Positions 37,795 to 57,061 of a stretch of 64,000 nt of DNA are shown here, one piece after another. Within the stretch, counting starts at the first letter, position 1; each line of letters opens with the position of its first letter. Source of the stretch: Amoebidium appalachense (Eukaryota > Protista > Ichthyosporea); assembly GCA_963693365.1 (NCBI GenBank), contig CAVNZM010000001.1, positions 15,424,418-15,488,417 on the forward strand, read 5' to 3'. A model generated the notes under the pieces. The model was not told the origin of the DNA and searched no databases. It saw nothing but the letters and a program-made list of their open reading frames with translations. Position numbers and translations under genes: made by a program.

Positions 37795-38894
37795 GCTAAT
37801 ATAAACGACAGCACTTAGATATCTCGCGAGCGAGAAGCCCTTCCCCCCCAAACAATAGCAAAAATAAACGTAAATCATTTTTTTTGCTATAATAACGTCT
37901 AATACGAAAAAGTTTCTTTACGACATTTTTTATAAGTACTTGGTTCGAAAGCCATATTTACTTATACGTCCGAACACCAACTCGTGACGCAGGCCTAACG
38001 AAGCCTGATGTTACTACATAGACCAAAATTACCGGTTTTTATAACAAAAGTTTTTTTTTTTTTTTTTTTTTTGCAAAAAGAAAAAAAAAAAGGGGGGGGA
38101 AAGGGTTCCTCCCAAGAGCAGGATCTACGATTTGCAAATTTAGCTTGTGGGGGATTTTCCGTCCTTTTTCACCAATGGGCGCACCAGCGCAGTGAATTCG
38201 ATGTCTAAGAGGGTCGATCATCGATCTGGCGGGTCTCGCAGATCATGGGGAACTTTACCTTAATGAAAGGAGGAATGACCCGATTACAAGGCAATGAAGA
38301 TTGACAGAGCATATTTTCATATTTATTTAGGCTGTCGTTAAGTTCTGCCTGCCCCATAAAGAAAGAGAACCAGGAAAAAAGAATGAACTGCACGGCACGC
38401 TTGAGTCACTGAGCCGCACACTTACATCTCTCAAAGGTAAGGAACTTTTTTTTTCCCCTTGTCACCGTACCCTTCCTTTATATGATGTTTAGGTTTAAGT
38501 TGTCAAACCCCTCCTAAGACTTCCTGTAGGGTGATGAGGGAAGATGCCGGAAGCGTTTGGTCGCTCAGAAGGGAGGTAGGGAAAGGGAGGGAGACAAGTG
38601 AAGAGGGATGGATACACATCTGTCCTGGGCGTGGTTGTTACAGGAGCTGGTGGGTTCATAGACCAAAACAGGTCGGATACGCACACAACACGAACATGCC
38701 CGTGTCATGAAACTTACAGAAGCCCTGACAGTCACTTTCTATGACAAAGTGTCACACTTCATCCTTATTCATATGCCTCCTTCTCCCCCCTCCCCCCTGT
38801 CCCCCCGCCCCCCTCCCCCCTCTCCCTCTTGCTTCCCAGTCCCTCTATCTCCTACTTCCCTCCGCCAATCCCCTTCCCCAAATCTTTTGGGTAA

Positions 38895-44616
<5,722 letters not shown>

Positions 44617-45056
44617 GGATGGCGGAGGAGGGAGAGGGGGGAGGAGTTTGAATGATGGGCCGATGGTAAATTTTTTGTTGTTTTTAATGGGGGAAGGTGA
44701 TTGGATGGTTGATAAGTTATCGCCTTGCCCATACTTAGCCCCTGTGTAATGCGTGTTGCCAGGGGTTGGTGGGTGGGGATGTTTTATGAAAAAGCAAGGG
44801 AAATTTGTGACCAACAGAAAATGGGACTGTGACGTATTGGCCCTTACCTTCCGTTTTTTTCTTTGGTGAGAAACCCCCTTGTTGCTCTCTAAAAACGGCC
44901 TTGGCCGGTAACGGTATGTACTGTATTTCTTTCTTTTCTCTAAGTTTTTGGACCTTCCCAATAAATCGCAGTACAGCGAGCACAGCTAGCAAACACTGGT
45001 TGTGGCAGGGCACCGAAACGGATTACAACTTTTCCAGACAGCACAACGAACAAACC

Positions 45057-45093
<37 letters not shown>

Positions 45094-45513
45094 ACCACCA
45101 CCCACCCACCCACCCACCCACCCACCCACCCACACACCCACACACACACAAACTACCACCACCAGCACGTTCTTTTCCGTGACCTGCCGTGAAGTTTGGT
45201 TGTCCCCAAGTTCACACGTTTTTTTTTCTTTTGTCCACTTCGTGTGACGTCATTCTGTGATGCACTTTCAACCAATCCGCTTGATGCGCGGGTGTCTTGC
45301 GCAACGCGGCTCAGTGACGTCATACTTGCGATTTCAATTCACACGTGCACTAGCATCCATGCGGCCAAACGCCCAAGTCTTGGCCATAGCCGCACGCATC
45401 ACACACACACACGCACGCTTGCAGCAAAGCAGCTCAGGAAAGCACGGTTGCTACTTGTATGTGTGGGTAGTATGCAACTAGTCTTGTATTAGCATCTTCA
45501 TACCACCGTTAAT

Positions 45514-46723
45514 ATGTCGTTGTTGGCTGGGGGGCGGAATGCCCTACGCCTTGTTCAGTCTCTGAGCGGACTGGCGGCGAGGGAGGCGTCGGCGGCACTG
45601 CCTGCACAAGGTGAAAATGCTCATTTCTGCTTGTACTGATTGCACTTGGAAACGAGTAGAATCTATGCTTCGTGGGTGTATGTCAGCGTGTTGTTTGCAA
45701 CGAACTCGTAAAGCGCATGCACAGAGTGTGAGAAAATACATTCCATTCCTGTCGCCCTTCCTGTGATAATCATTACTTGATGCAAGCGAGATGGATGCGA
45801 CCAAGATTTAACCTAATGAATGTAATTTTCTTGGAACATAGGGCAAATTACTAGTGCCTCTAGCCTGGGCACATAGCTGGAGCCATGTGAACCCACGCCC
45901 CTTCTTGCCTTTCTTGACTAAGGCACCGTTTGTACACCTATATAAAGTTTTGCGCGCACAGTGAACTGATGGGTCTGTTTACAGGGGGCTACGCGTTTGC
46001 TGCAGTGGCACTCCAGCGTTTGGCCTATCATGCAGCGGGTCTGAAAACTGCCGGCAGTGGTGAGCCCCCCCCCCCCCCCGCCTCCCCCCTCCCCCCTCTC
46101 CCTCCCCCCCCCCCCCCCCCCTTCCCCCTGCCTGCCCGTCCTGCACAGGCTTCTACAAACAGTTTGAATGCTTGTTGCTTGATTAGCAGATGGAGGCGGC
46201 ATGTGTGCTTTGCTGGCCGACGTGGCGGGGAAGAGGGGGGGGGGGGGGGGAGTTCCTGACACTTGTTTTGTGCATTCCACTTTCTTCACCAGTAGAACCT
46301 TCCCGGCTGTGTCTGTTTCATTTTTCCTTCCTGCGCCTCTGCCTTGGCTCTTTCTTCACTGCATTATGGGTGGAATGGCTAGAAGTTTGACTATTGAACG
46401 TGACCAAATTGCCTGCGATTTCTCGTGTTTCCACATTTTGAATACTGAAAATGTGGGTGGGGCAGTTACCGCCCTGTGCAATTTTTTGCCCATCCTTCAC
46501 TTTTTCATGTGTTCCTTAACAAACCTCCCCTTTTCGTACCCATACATGCCCGTCTTATATCTGCTAATTGTTTTTTCTGTCGACCTACAGACAGCGATGA
46601 AGGTGGCTTCCGTGCACGTGACTTTGTCCAAAAGCAGCCCGGTAGGCCTCACGATGTCTATGGACACGTGTGGGGGGGGGGGGGAGGGGGGGGGGGGGGT
46701 AGAGTGTGTGGGGATGGGAAGTT

Positions 46724-46754
<31 letters not shown>

Positions 46755-49057
46755 GTGCTTAGGGGGGGCAGGGGGGGGGGGGGAGGGTGGGAAGGGGGGG
46801 GGGGGGAGGGGCAGGGTTAGGCCAGGTAGAGAGGCAAGGGGGGTGGGGGGGTTGGAGTTTGGTGAAAGGAAGTGGGATGGTGGTGAGGGTAAAGGTTCTG
46901 AGGGAAGGAGGAGGAGGATGAGTGTGAAAGCGGGGCATGATTTGTGCGGGGTTATTTCGGCCAATTTGGAAGGGAGGGTAGCAAAACTGACAAAGACTCT
47001 GCATGTGCACCCACGAGCGGGGCTAGGGGTTGTGAGAGGGGGAGGTGGGAAGGGGGAAAGGTGTGTGTGTGTGGCGGGGAGGGGGGGCAGGTTTGGGGGG
47101 GGGGGGGAGGGTGAGAGATTGGGAGTGGGTGGGGGGAGGGGGGGGGGGGGACAGTTGGTGTTGTGAGGGGACGGGGGGAGAGGGTTGTAGGGGGAGGGGG
47201 TAAGATGGTGGGTGGGTGTGTGGGGGGGGGGGGGGGGGGCAGCGTGGCGTGTCCAGGAAGGAGTAGGTGGGGAAGGAGGGTCGCCGGGAGCAGGAATTGC
47301 ATGTGAGTGTCTGTCGTTCAGTTTAGATTGCTTGTGTCTATGTGCGTGTGGACGGGGGGGGGGGGGGGGGCAGCTGCGTGTGTGCCCGCGCACACGTGCG
47401 TACATACGTGTCTTGTGTGAGTGTGTGATTTTTTTGTTGGTGTGTGCGTGAATACTCATTGCATTTTTTCTGTGTGGATTTTACAGATGTGAGGGGATTT
47501 GTGACGGGAGAGAAGAATGTCGTCAAAGTGGCTGCAGACGAGGAGGAGGCAAAGTCATTGGATGCCTTCCCCCTTTCTGAAACTACCAAAAAAGGTAACT
47601 GACGAGCCATATATGGCTTTCCGATTTGACGAAGATCATGAAATGGTGTGTGTGCAAATGTCATGAGTGGGTCGAGTGAGACAACACGCACAGCTGGGGA
47701 AGGGAATTAGTGCAAGGGGATTGAAAGGGAAAGGAATGGAAACTGTTTTTTTTGTGGTGGGGAAAGGGGATAGGGGGACTTCTGGGGAGGGGGAAAGGGG
47801 GATGGAGGAAAGAGAGAATGAATGGGGTGGGGGGGGGGGGGGGGATGCCTGTGTGCGCGTTTTGGGTGGGTTTCCCGGGCGTACATACACACATGCACAC
47901 AGCTAACTTAGGCACACACACTTACATCTACCCACCCCAACACAGCACACACACAGCTAAACCACACACACACACACAACCCATCATTCCATACACAGAC
48001 ACACACGCACACGCACGCGCACAGCACACACACACACATACACACATACACACCGTTTCAAGCACGCTCCACATTGCTCAAAGCTTCAGTAGACGACAGC
48101 TCTTCGCCACATACACATAAAGCATGGACTCATTCATCTCTACGCTCTTTACCTAAAACCATCTCCTACTATCTCCTTTTCTGAACCGTTCATTCAATCA
48201 TACACCGTGCGCCTTTTCTGTCTTGTCTCTCCTTTCTACTCCCTTTATCATTACCTTCCTTCCGCCTCTTCTCCCCCCCCCCCCCCCCCCCCCTCTCTCT
48301 CTCCCTTATTCACTCGAAACCCTCCCTCTCCCCTCCCCCCCCCCCCCCCCCCCCCCCATAATGCTTATTTTTGCGCTGTGTCCTCTTTCTCTCCGTGTCC
48401 CTCCCCCCTCCCCCGGCTCCGCCTCCGGTGGACGGGATAATATGGTCTACTTGTGTGGTATGATCTCTGTGTATGTGGCTCCTTTTGCATATCCGAATCA
48501 TCATGTCCGTTCTGATGAAGTAAATAATGCTACGTACAACATTCATAAACCTCCTCCCCCGCCCACCCCCCTCATGGGGGAGCTCACCCAGTGTTGGCTG
48601 TCATGAATGTCAATTTCACATTCTGTAACGCATTCTAACCTCCCCCCTTTAACCCCCCCCCCCCCCCCCCTTAAATGGAAAGGTGGTGTGTCTGGAATAG
48701 TGTGTAATTCCTATTCAAACCCCCCCCCCCCCCTGCACTGCATTAGTTTGCACACACATCTTCACCGTTTTGCTCACCTTGCTTGCATAAGCAACCCTGC
48801 TCGTCTTTGATCAAGACGGGTTGACCCACCCAAGTTCAGTTGATGCTGCTGTCTGAGTTGGAGCGTCGTATATACGCGGGCTAAGGGGTCGAAACTCAGA
48901 CGCAATTGATGACTTGGGCCCTCCCTGAGGATGGGCTCTGCTTATGACGCATACTGTACGCATGGCTGATGCTGCATACTTGAATGTTTGCCTTTGCATG
49001 TGTCCTGCATCATGCTTCTCATCGTCTATGCGTACTTCGTACTGTGTTCCGCATTCA

Positions 49058-49107
<50 letters not shown>

Positions 49108-49249
49108 ACAGCACTTGAGCGTAACGGCATCAAGTCTCTGTTTGCCATTCAAAGTGCCTGCTTTGACCACATGTACAGCGGCAAAGACGTCATTGCAAGG
49201 GCACGTACGTATCGCTATACTACCCTCCTCTCCCCCCCCCCCTTCCCCC

Positions 49250-49302
<53 letters not shown>

Positions 49303-49407
49303 AGCCCCGGCCCGCCTAGAGTGGTAAACACCTTTTTTTTAACTGTGTCTCTCGTCCATGCCGTTCAAAAGCTCCTCTCTCCACCTTGCCAGCCCCTGCT
49401 CCATCCC

Positions 49408-49443
<36 letters not shown>

Positions 49444-49838
49444 AGCCCCGAGCCCCGGCCCGCCTAGAGTGGTAAACACCTTTTTTTTTTTAACTGTGTC
49501 TCTCGTCCATGCCGCTCAAAAGCTCCTCTCTCCACCTTGCCAGCCCCTGCTCCACCCCTCTCCATCCCCCCCCCCCCCCCCCCCCCCCCCCCCTTCCCCT
49601 GCTTTAGCAACACCTACATTCTCTTCAACCATTCTTAAGGCGGGCTTCCCTTTTAAAGCTCTGAACTCTCTATACACGCCACCCACCCGCTGACTGACTG
49701 ACATCTTTTCACCTACCCGTGCACACATGCACACATTGGAACACATCATGCACACGTGCACATGCACACACACAGGCACACGCACACAAATATGCAGCCC
49801 CCCTCCCCACACACACACACATTTACACACACACGCCC

Positions 49839-49884
<46 letters not shown>

Positions 49885-51240
49885 CCACACACAGGCACGG
49901 GCACGGGCAAGACACTTGCCTTTGCACTTCCCATCATTGAGAGGCTCAAGTTGGACCCACAGACTAAGGCTAGGAGAGCCCCTAGGGCCATCGTTTTGGC
50001 CCCAACAAGAGAACTGGCACTCCAGGTGTGGGTTTTTCCTACTCCTTTACTTATTTAGTATTCGTATTTTTATTAGTATTGTCATTATTGTTGTTGTTAT
50101 TTATTATATTAGTTTTATTATGATAATGATTTTTAAACCATCATAGTAATTGTTTGTTTGCCGTTTTTTACATGTTCTTTCTTCTTCTTCTTCTTTTTTT
50201 TTTTTTTCCTTTTCTTTCTTTCTTTCTTTTTTTTTTTTTTTTTTTTTTTGCTATTGTGAAGTTTTGAGAAGAAAAGGAAGGGGGTAAGGGGGGGGGGGGA
50301 CCGGGGGGGGGGGGGTTGGAAGAACGTAGGTGGTAGAGTATCGTCGGTGGTGGGAGAAGGACTTTTCGTAGACAATCTCGATCCCCTCCCCCGGGGCCCA
50401 ATAGTGGGGCGTGTTTTAGCGCCTTCATGCATATCCATTTTGGTTTCTGTGTTTTTGTATTTGTTTTTAGATTTTGTGGTATATTTTCAGTTTATTCAAT
50501 CACACACACACGCACACACACACACACACTCACTCACTCACGCATGACACACTGACACTTCAATCATCAAGCTGTATGGGGTTTGCACTGACTGCTTGCC
50601 TATCATTCGTGATAAGACATAACTTCTGACCAACACTCACTTAACGTTACAATTGACCAATCACAAAGGGTGTGACATGACAACGAACCAATCACATGAA
50701 GTATGACGTGACAACTGACCAATCACATGGAATGTGACGTGACATCTGACCAATCGGATTTGGGTATTTAGGTCTACAAGGAGTTCCACAAGGTGGCACC
50801 CGAACTGGCCAGCTTCTGTATCTATGGGGGTGCATCGTTCAGCGTGCAAGGTGTGTGGGTGGGTCTGGGTGGGTGGGTGGGTGTGTGTGTGCGTCACGGT
50901 GCGTGTGTTGTTGAGGATAGGTGTGTGTGTGTGTGTGTGCGCGCGCGTGCGTGTGCGTGCGGTGCTTGTTGAGGATAGGTGGGTGGGTGTGTAGGGGTGA
51001 TTGGGTGCCTGTGCCTTTTGCCTGTGTTTGTACTTGTGGGTGGGTGTATTCACCACGCCACACTTCAAACCATCGCTAGCAAACCAGCTTTGCTCGAGCC
51101 CTTCCCTGCATCATTACTTTTTTATGTCTCTGAGGTATTTTGTAGCTCTGCCGTGCTTTGTGTTTTACTTTGCTTTCTTTGTCCCTTTCCTTTCCTTGTT
51201 TTCCCCTCTACCCCTCCTCCCCCTCGTCCGTTTTTTTCTT

Positions 51241-51271
<31 letters not shown>

Positions 51272-51311
51272 TATTTCATTGCCCTTCGTCCTCTCAATGC
51301 TTTCCTCTACA

Positions 51312-51375
<64 letters not shown>

Positions 51376-52670
51376 ACACACAGCCAGACCCTTCCCCCCT
51401 ATCCCCACCCCGTTTGCATACTAACACATCCCCCCTGTCTTCACTTCGTTTTCATACTAACACGTGACAAATGGAACCACAGAGAATGCTATTGACCGTG
51501 GCATTGATATTCTCGTGGGTACACCTGGACGGATAATCGATCTGATGAACAAGGGGACCCTGGATCTCTCAAAGGTAAACATATCTTTCGTTTCGTGTTT
51601 GCGAGAAAAATAGACACACGCGCGGGCACAAGCATGCACTGACTCTCACACGAAAATGCACACGTATGGGTTGACCGTACGCAGGGGCTAAAACGTGGTA
51701 CAGTGCACACACACACACACACATACACATACGCATACGCATACACGTGCTGATGCTCAATATTTGCAAGAAGCAGTCATGGGTTGATCTGAGCTTTAAG
51801 GGACCTTCGTCGAATAGCTGCTTGGCACTTTGTTTGCTCTAGATAGTGAAATAGTCGTCTGGTCGTTTCTAATTGGCACGATTTCTTTTCCTGCGAGATG
51901 GTATCATAGTCGTATGGTGGTTCCTGATTGGTGTGCTTTTTCACGCGAGAAGCAGCTGTTTGACGTGTTCGTTTCATGCGGGATGGTGCCATAGTCGTAT
52001 GGTCATTGTTGATTGGGTTTTTATCACGTGACAGGTGCAATTTGGGGTGCTGGACGAGGCAGACCGGATGCTGGATCAAGGGTTCGAGGAGGAGCTGGAG
52101 ACCATTCTGGGTGCCATAAAGGTGTGTACGTGTGTGTGTGTGTGTACGTGTTTTGTGTGTGCATGCACATGTGCGCATGCATATGTCTCTCCACCAGTCA
52201 CACTTTAGTTGACAGAAAAGGCCAAGCCATAACATTTGAAGATATATAGTGTTGTGTGCATGAGTCTGTGTGTGCATGTGTACCTGCGCGTGTGTGTACG
52301 TGGGTGTGACACGGCCAGGTGTGTGTTTGTGCAAGCCTCTCTGTGTGTGTGCATATGTGCAGGCAGGGGCATGTCCATATTTTTGTTGTGTCTGTGTGCC
52401 TATGCTTCTTTTCATTTACCCCACTTCCATTCCATATTACCCTCGATCCCCCACTATATCTCATACACTAACAGTTCCCTTTGTTTCTTTAATCAGGGCG
52501 GCACTGGTTCGCCTCAACTGTGCCTGTTTTCAGCCACGCTTCCGGCCTGGATCCGGTCAGCCACACGGCGCTACCTTAAAACGGACCGTGTAACAGTAGA
52601 TCTGATTGGTGACGACAACATCAAGACTGCAGAGAATGTCACCCACAAAGTTCTGAGGTGTGCCCCCTCT

Positions 52671-52720
<50 letters not shown>

Positions 52721-55615
52721 ACACGTGTGCACACACACACACACACACCCTCACACCTACCACCACCACCACCACCCCACACCCTCCATGGGTTTTCTGA
52801 GATCCTTGCCTCCCGTAGTTCCTCCTTTCTCCCTCCCCCCGTTCCCCCCTCCCCACCACCCGCACCTCCACACACCCTTAAGCCTCTTCTCTTATTCGGC
52901 AGCTACCTTTGTGCTCTAATCCACCCTGCCATTCTCTGCCATATCTGTTGTTCTGGTTGTGTTTCGGGATCTTTTTTCTTTCTTTTCTTGCATTTTTTTT
53001 TTCTTCCTTCATTTTGGCCAAGTACTCAACAACTATGTTTATGTTTTCAGGCTGCGTGGGGACATCCCGAAGGGACTTAAGGAGGTGCTGATGGTGCACG
53101 GCGGCAGCCACAACCGATGCATCGTGTTTGCTGAGACCAAGGGTGAGTGTGCACGTGGATGTAGACGGACACGTGCAGAGAGCATAACACGTGTGCACAT
53201 CGAATATTCACACGTGTCACAGTACACCCGCTTAATTCCTATCCCAATACACATGCACTTGGATCAACGAGCACGTGTGGACGTACCATCCGAACCAATC
53301 AGCACATGTGGGCGCACCTGAATGGGAATGAAGCGTGCACGGTTTTTTGCACGCGGTCTCATGTACAGACACAAGCGCACACGAGCACGCTCACGCCGTT
53401 CACGGTATTCACGAACATGTGTGCTCACGTCAACATGTGCACACCTCCACACAGGTTGGCACGAGGACGGACATTCACAAATGTTGTTTTCTCCTCCCCC
53501 TCCCCCTTCCCCTTCCCCGCTGCCTGAGAAACTCCTTAAACCTTAACCCCCCCCCCCCCTTTCCCCCCTCTCCTTCCCCGGGTTATGAGGGTAAGGGGCC
53601 GCTCATGATGCATACTCTCTGTGTGTGCTTCTTCTTTTTTTTTCCCCCGCAAGATTTTCATTCTGTTGTCCGTCGTGTTCGTCTACTTTCCGTACTCAAC
53701 AACATTCTAAACAGTTCTCCTCCGTCCCCCCCCCCCCCCCCCCCCCCCTCCCCCCCCCCTCCCCCCGGGCCCTTCTCCAGGGACACATTCTCCCCCCTTC
53801 CTCCCCCCCCCCCAAAAAAAAATAAATAAAAAATAAAAAATAAATAAATAAAGAAAGTTAAAGAAAAGAAGCAAAGAAGCAAAGATCATGTCCTAACACC
53901 TTCGAAGCAAACCATGTTCTAACCCTCCCCCCCATCCTCTTCCCCCTTACAGACGAGTGCGGCCGTTTGGCGTCGTTCCTCCCCAATGCGCAGGCGCTGC
54001 ACGGAGACCTTGCGCAGAGGAGCAGAGAGACTACCCTGGATGGCTTCAGGAAGGGCCACTTTAACGTGCTGGTGGCTACGGATGTGGCTGCTAGGGGCCT
54101 GGATATTCCCGATGTGAGTATATAAGACAAGTGTGTGTTGCATGGTGTTTTTGTTTGTTTGTTTGTTTGTGTTTTTTGTTCAAAAAGGGGGGCGGGGACC
54201 GCGCGGGGGGGGGGGGGGGGGGGGGGGCTGTTTTTGGGACTGAGCAAAGGCGGAGATGGTCGTTGTGGGCATATGCACAGGTGGGCATGCATATGTCAAT
54301 GCACTGGCACACATGCACACGTACATACAGATGTAGGTGAGAAGGGGCACACATTTTCACGTGCACACATGCACAGACACAACAGCACGCCGCCAAGCCA
54401 TGCTCCGCCCAGCTTCTCACCCTCGAGAATTGCCCCCCGTGACACTTTTGGCTGTTCCACCTGCTCCTCTTTCCCACCCCCCCCCCCCCCCCCCCCCCCC
54501 CAAACACACACACACACACATACACGCACACACATGCACATGCAGACTCGCACCCACACCCACACCAGGTGAATCAATCTAACCTTCCATTCTCTTCCCC
54601 CATAGGTACCAGCCTCTTCCCCCCCCCCCCCCCCCCACCCACCCACCCACCCCACCCTTCCCCCCCTACAGACACACAGAACGTTGTCCTACCCACTCAT
54701 TCATCCCCCTGTAAGGGTCCTTCTTACTCTAAACACACTCTAACCCTCCCCCCCTCTCCCCCTTCCTACACCAGGTGCAACTAGTGGTGCAGGTGTCACC
54801 CCCCCGGGATGCTGAGACCTACATCCATCGGTCAGGGCGCACGGGCCGTGCCGGCAAGACGGGGACGTGCATCACTGTGCTTTTGGAGAGGGAGGACGAC
54901 CAGAGGCTTGCACACGTGGAGAAGAGCATCGGTATTTACATACCCTCCCCCCCCCCCCCCCCCCCTCCCCACCCCACCCACACACTCACACACCCGCACA
55001 CCACCACCACCGTCACTGCCATCATGCCTCCTCTTTTGAATTACACATGCACACGCACATGCAAACATGTGCAAGCACAAGACTGAAGGTTGTTAAAGTT
55101 GCACGTCGTACTGTATACAGTATAGTACTTCCCCCCCCCCCCCCCCCCCCCCCCCTCTTTATGTATGGCTTGCATTCTGCATCGTGTTATCCGTTTGTTC
55201 TTTGTACTTCGTACTTTTTGACGCATTCAAAACCCCCCCCCCCCCCTTCCCCCCCTTTATTCTCAGACGAGGCTTCTTCCCCGTGCGGGCGTGATATAAA
55301 TGGTTTTGCAAGCGGGTTGTAATTTGGAAACATGACGGAGGGATGAGTGTGTGGGTGTAGGCGGGTGGGTGGGTGAGTGGGAACGTTGGGGGTGCTGGAT
55401 ATTGGGTGGGGGTGGGGCCCGTTTTTTTTCTTTTTTCTTTCTTTCTTTCTTTTTTCTTTCTTTTCTTTTTTTTTTTGGGGGGGGGGGGGGGGTTCAGTAC
55501 ATGCCAACTGCTGATGGGGGAAATTGGGGAATGGCAGGGCTGAAAATGCAGAAGATTGGGCCCCCTCAACCCCACGCCATTGCTCAGGTATGTGTGTCCG
55601 TGTCTCTCTCTCTCT

Positions 55616-55654
<39 letters not shown>

Positions 55655-56578
55655 TCTTTGTGTCTTAAGCTGTGTCTGTGTGTCTCTCTCTTGGTGCGCC
55701 TGTTTCGTTTGCCTGTGTGTCTTTGCATGCATTAAGGTGCCTATGTTTTTTTGGGTTATGTTCGACAATGTGTTAATGGAAATGCATTGTGCATGTGCCC
55801 TAGGAGTAGGCGGGTGTGCCCGTCTGTGGCTGTGTGCAAATCTGAGGTTTGTGCTTGTGTGTGCTTACACGTGTTTTCGGACACGTGCACCAATCAAATC
55901 AGGCCGTTGCATCGGATGCGCGGCACGCACTGGTCAAGGTGCAGGCCGACGTTGTGCCTCACTTCCTGCCGGCTGCCCAGTCCATCATCGAGGAGCAGGT
56001 GTGTGTGTGTTCGGGGAAGGGGGGGAGGGGGGGGGGGGGGGGGGAAGGGGCAAGGGGTAGGTAGGTGGGTTGTAACGGATGTTTTTTTTTCCTTTCTTCT
56101 TTTTATTTTTAATGGTGGGCCGCGGGGGGGGGGGGGGGGGAGGGGGGGATGTGGGTAGGTGTGTGTGCGGTTAGGTGGGTTGATGGGTGTGTGTGGTGTG
56201 TTGGTGGGTGCATGGGTGTGTGTGGGTGTGTGTGCTGTTTCTTGTTAAAGCGCCACCAATAACCGTTTTCTCGCAAACCTCGGTTGTGGTTTGGCACTTG
56301 AACCCTTGAGTAGTTGTGTTTTCTGTGGTTCTGGGTGCACTGTACATCTTCCTGGTGCTCAGGTTTGGGATCAGGATTATTTGTATTACTAATCGTAATC
56401 TGTACATATGCATGCATGTGCACGTTTACTTTTTGGATGCGCTCATCTGATTGGGTAGAAATCTAATCTAACGTGCTGATTGGCTGGCTGCAGGGTGCCC
56501 AGGAGGCTCTGGCCCGCGCCCTGGCTAGGATTTCGGGTGTGACGTCACTCGCCCCCAGATCACTCCTCACGTATTGCT

Positions 56579-56609
<31 letters not shown>

Positions 56610-57024
56610 CATATATTTTTCTTGCTTCTGCTTACTGCTGCAACTTTAACCCCCGGCCTTTCCCACTGCCCTTGCCTTCAGAAGCAACCCTGCTCGTCTC
56701 TGATCAAGACGGGTGACCTACCCGTATTCAAGTGAAACAGTATCTGAGTTGGGTTTCGTTAACGAGGTGAATAGGTCGAAACTCGGGTACTGTGGATGAC
56801 GTGGGCCCCCCCTGAGGATGGGCTCTGCTTATGATGCATACTCTATTTGTATGGCTTGCATTCTGCATTCGTGTTATCCGTTTGTTCTTGTGTACTTCGT
56901 ACTTTTTGACGCATTCAAACCCCCCCCCCCCCCCCCCCCCATGGGGGGGCTTCGAAGTCACTGCACTGTCCACGCACTGCACTGTCCACGTCATTGTGTA
57001 TTTTGTCTCATTTTGCGCTTTAGA

Positions 57025-57061
<37 letters not shown>

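Noticed and set aside
46149-46186. Possible extra helicase exon after CACAG at 46148
   Set aside because: It hits an in-frame TAG. Splicing 46059 to 46591 keeps the frame.
47599-47622. CTGACGA followed by a perfect GCCAT/ATGGC hairpin
   Set aside because: It is followed by TTTC rather than GAAA, so it is not a hammerhead. It overlaps a normal donor region.
48851-48935. Hammerhead or HDV ribozyme inside the structured repeat (GAAAC and CTGAGGA present)
   Set aside because: The motifs are not in a workable topology and GAAA is not conserved across copies (GAAGC, TAAGC).
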